A DNA stretch of 32,000 nucleotides from Synechococcus sp. A15-28 (GTDB taxonomy: Bacteria > Cyanobacteriota > Cyanobacteriia > PCC-6307 > Cyanobiaceae), in NCBI RefSeq assembly GCF_014280175.1, contig NZ_CP047931.1, forward strand, positions 120,001 through 152,000, written 5' to 3'. A program made the position numbers and the translations under genes. The notes below the pieces were generated by a model, which saw only the letters and a program-made list of their open reading frames with translations, searched no databases and was not told where the DNA came from. Position 1 is the first letter of the stretch; the number at the start of each line of letters is the position of its first letter. This document shows, piece after piece, positions 30,179-32,000 of this stretch.

Positions 30179-31306
30179 ATGAAGCTGATTTTTCATCAAT
30201 GCGAAAAACCGTTAGTTCAGTCAATGAAGATATCTCGCGGTGGGTTTCAATCGCGAATTCACAACATATTTGAGTTAAGATTAAATAATCGATCTTTTTA
30301 CTCAGAAGTTATAGGTGATTCCTCTCTCATAAAATACCTAGTCTCGAAGCTTTCTGCATACATTAAGGCTTATAATCCTCTCGACGTCAGTGCTCTGTTT
30401 GAATGTATTGCTAGCTGGCCAAATACTTTTGTTTATTTAGAGTCTGCCAGCAGCATTCACTCCATAATATGCGCATTTGATTGGCTTTACTGTGTTTATT
30501 CTTCATATTCGCAGAATATATCCTTATATGAGTATTTAGGTCTTCCCATAGCTACCTCAAACCAATGCCCTATATATGCCTCTAACTTTTATATGTATGA
30601 TGATATGAGTGACTTTGAATCTCAATTCTCTGGGTTTGATTTTTCAAAAACGAATAATATAAAAGTTCATTTAGGAGCAAATGCAATCGAAGACGAGTCT
30701 GATTTCTATCTAGTGCTTGAGAGATATATGCATCGCGCTGATTCTATAATGATTGATTACAATTGTGGATATAACCTATCAGCGCTTGTTGACATTCAAA
30801 ATGTATTGCTTCGATATCCTAATTTGTCTAATAAGTTATTATGGGTAGAAGAACCTACTCACCCCAATTTCTCTAAATATTGGAAAGACCTGTTATTTTT
30901 TGAATGTGCGGCAGGCGAGAATCATCATGGTGTTGAAAGTCTTTTTCAGTTGACTAATTGTAATGTAAAATACATCATGCCTGATCTTGGAAGAACTTTA
31001 AAAGTATCTGAGCTTCCATCTCTAATAAAGAGACTTGAAAAGTCAGATTCATCTATTTCCTTTCATAGTTTTTCAAGTGGTTTCTTGTCTTACATTACAT
31101 TATATCTAACATTGTCTCTTGATACGAAGCATCAAATGTTTGAATATGACTTTTCTGATAACGCTTTGCTCGATGAGATTCTTCTTGATTCCTTCCAAAT
31201 TAAAGACGGCTATGTAACACTTAATAGCTCAGTCTTATTTGATTTGAATTTACCTTCTACACTAGATGGTTGGTATACTACTAGTATCGAACTTTTTGAA
31301 GCATGA
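30179..31306 (+). CDS. Divergent enolase-superfamily (mandelate racemase/muconate-lactonizing-enzyme-like) protein
   Basis: The barrel-domain ligand pattern is in the canonical order: IKVHLG, IMIDYNCGYN (Asp), LLWVEEP (Glu), AAGENHHG (Glu), IMPDLGR, SFHS, then QIKDGYVTL near the C-terminus. Confidence 0.6.
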   Translation: MKLIFHQCEKPLVQSMKISRGGFQSRIHNIFELRLNNRSFYSEVIGDSSLIKYLVSKLSAYIKAYNPLDVSALFECIASWPNTFVYLESASSIHSIICAFDWLYCVYSSYSQNISLYEYLGLPIATSNQCPIYASNFYMYDDMSDFESQFSGFDFSKTNNIKVHLGANAIEDESDFYLVLERYMHRADSIMIDYNCGYNLSALVDIQNVLLRYPNLSNKLLWVEEPTHPNFSKYWKDLLFFECAAGENHHGVESLFQLTNCNVKYIMPDLGRTLKVSELPSLIKRLEKSDSSISFHSFSSGFLSYITLYLTLSLDTKHQMFEYDFSDNALLDEILLDSFQIKDGYVTLNSSVLFDLNLPSTLDGWYTTSIELFEA

Positions 31307-32000
31307 AACCAATTGATCTTAACTCATTGAAGAACTATCTAGACTTAGGGTATTTTTCTTCTTCACCTGGTACTAGACGCAGTATCAAAAGAAATATAGC
31401 CAACAAAATGCGAGCATGGGAGCTTTCGTATGATTACTATGATGGAGATAGAGATGACGGGTATGGTGGTTTTACCTTTGATGATAGATGGAATGCTTAT
31501 CTGCATAAACTGTTTATATCTACCAATCTAATCTCATCAGCTAACCCGAATCTTTCTGTATTAGATGTTGGCTGCAAAAAGGGATTTTTATTGCAATCTT
31601 TAAGGAAATTGTACCCTAATGTCTATTCCGTTGGAGTTGAAAATCATAGATATCCATTAAGTGTTGCTGACTCTTCGATAAAGTCGAGGCTGCTTTTGTC
31701 TGAATATTATAATCTTCCATTTGAGGATCATTGCTTTGATCTCGTTATTGCATTCTCCTCCATCTACATGTATAATTTAAAAGGTGTGATTAATTCAATA
31801 CGTGAGATTCAGCGCGTCTCCTCTAATACCTCTTATATCTCTTTGGCTGCTTATAATCATGACTGGGAAAAAGATATCTTCATGAATTGGACACTTCTAG
31901 GAACAACTTGCCTCCATATTTCTGAGTGGCTTGATATATTTAACGATTTAAATTACACCGGTTATTACGTCTTTACTACTCCTACACTTTTGGGTTTTTC
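31303..32000 (+). CDS. Class I SAM-dependent methyltransferase, N-terminal ~232 codons (runs off the window end)
   Basis: I translated this ORF by hand, because it is not in the track and is open to the window edge. Motif I is VLDVGCKKGFLLQSL and the post-I/II region is FDLVIAFSSIYM. The ATG at 31303 overlaps the upstream stop (ATGA). Confidence 0.75.
   Translation, partial: MKPIDLNSLKNYLDLGYFSSSPGTRRSIKRNIANKMRAWELSYDYYDGDRDDGYGGFTFDDRWNAYLHKLFISTNLISSANPNLSVLDVGCKKGFLLQSLRKLYPNVYSVGVENHRYPLSVADSSIKSRLLLSEYYNLPFEDHCFDLVIAFSSIYMYNLKGVINSIREIQRVSSNTSYISLAAYNHDWEKDIFMNWTLLGTTCLHISEWLDIFNDLNYTGYYVFTTPTLLGF

Overview
The window looks like a high-GC cyanobacterial chromosome, most like a marine Synechococcus-type picocyanobacterium. 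That assignment is an inference from gene content and composition. G+C is roughly 60% by eye and was not computed.

Two sharply AT-rich islands (roughly one-third G+C by eye) interrupt the core.

**Core genes.** pfkB-like kinase (3' end), tsaE, ahcY, a dedA-family gene, ssb, mreBCD, a sugar-type ABC solute-binding lipoprotein, an OmpR/RpaB-like response regulator, lysS, three small or coiled-coil hypotheticals, egtD-egtB, a short kinase-N-lobe-like ORF, smpB, ruvB, a TPR protein, an M20 amidohydrolase, a small membrane protein, a HEAT-repeat protein, and a TPP riboswitch followed by thiC.

**Island 1 (about 13.43-18.41 kb).**
- It carries three tandem paralogs of an unrecognised GT-B-like family plus one EX7E glycosyltransferase.
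- It is bracketed by a direct repeat of the 3' two-thirds of smpB: a decayed 5'-truncated copy on the left and the intact gene on the right.
- This architecture fits a single-crossover (Campbell-type) insertion.

**Island 2 (about 24.29 kb to the window end).**
- It starts inside the last codons of thiC.
- It encodes a sulfotransferase-like protein and a decayed HAD-IIA phosphatase.
- It then has a tightly overlapping seven-gene operon: SDR, Fe(II)/2OG oxygenase, a small LIC12192-like protein, DJ-1/PfpI, an acetolactate-synthase-like ThDP enzyme, a divergent enolase-superfamily protein and a SAM methyltransferase.
- The visible part has no canonical sugar-activation, flippase or polymerase genes.
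- This operon is my best candidate for an undescribed surface-glycan or small-molecule modification system.

I saw no rRNA, tRNA, CRISPR array, integrase or transposase. All homology calls come from motif recognition by eye and need database confirmation.
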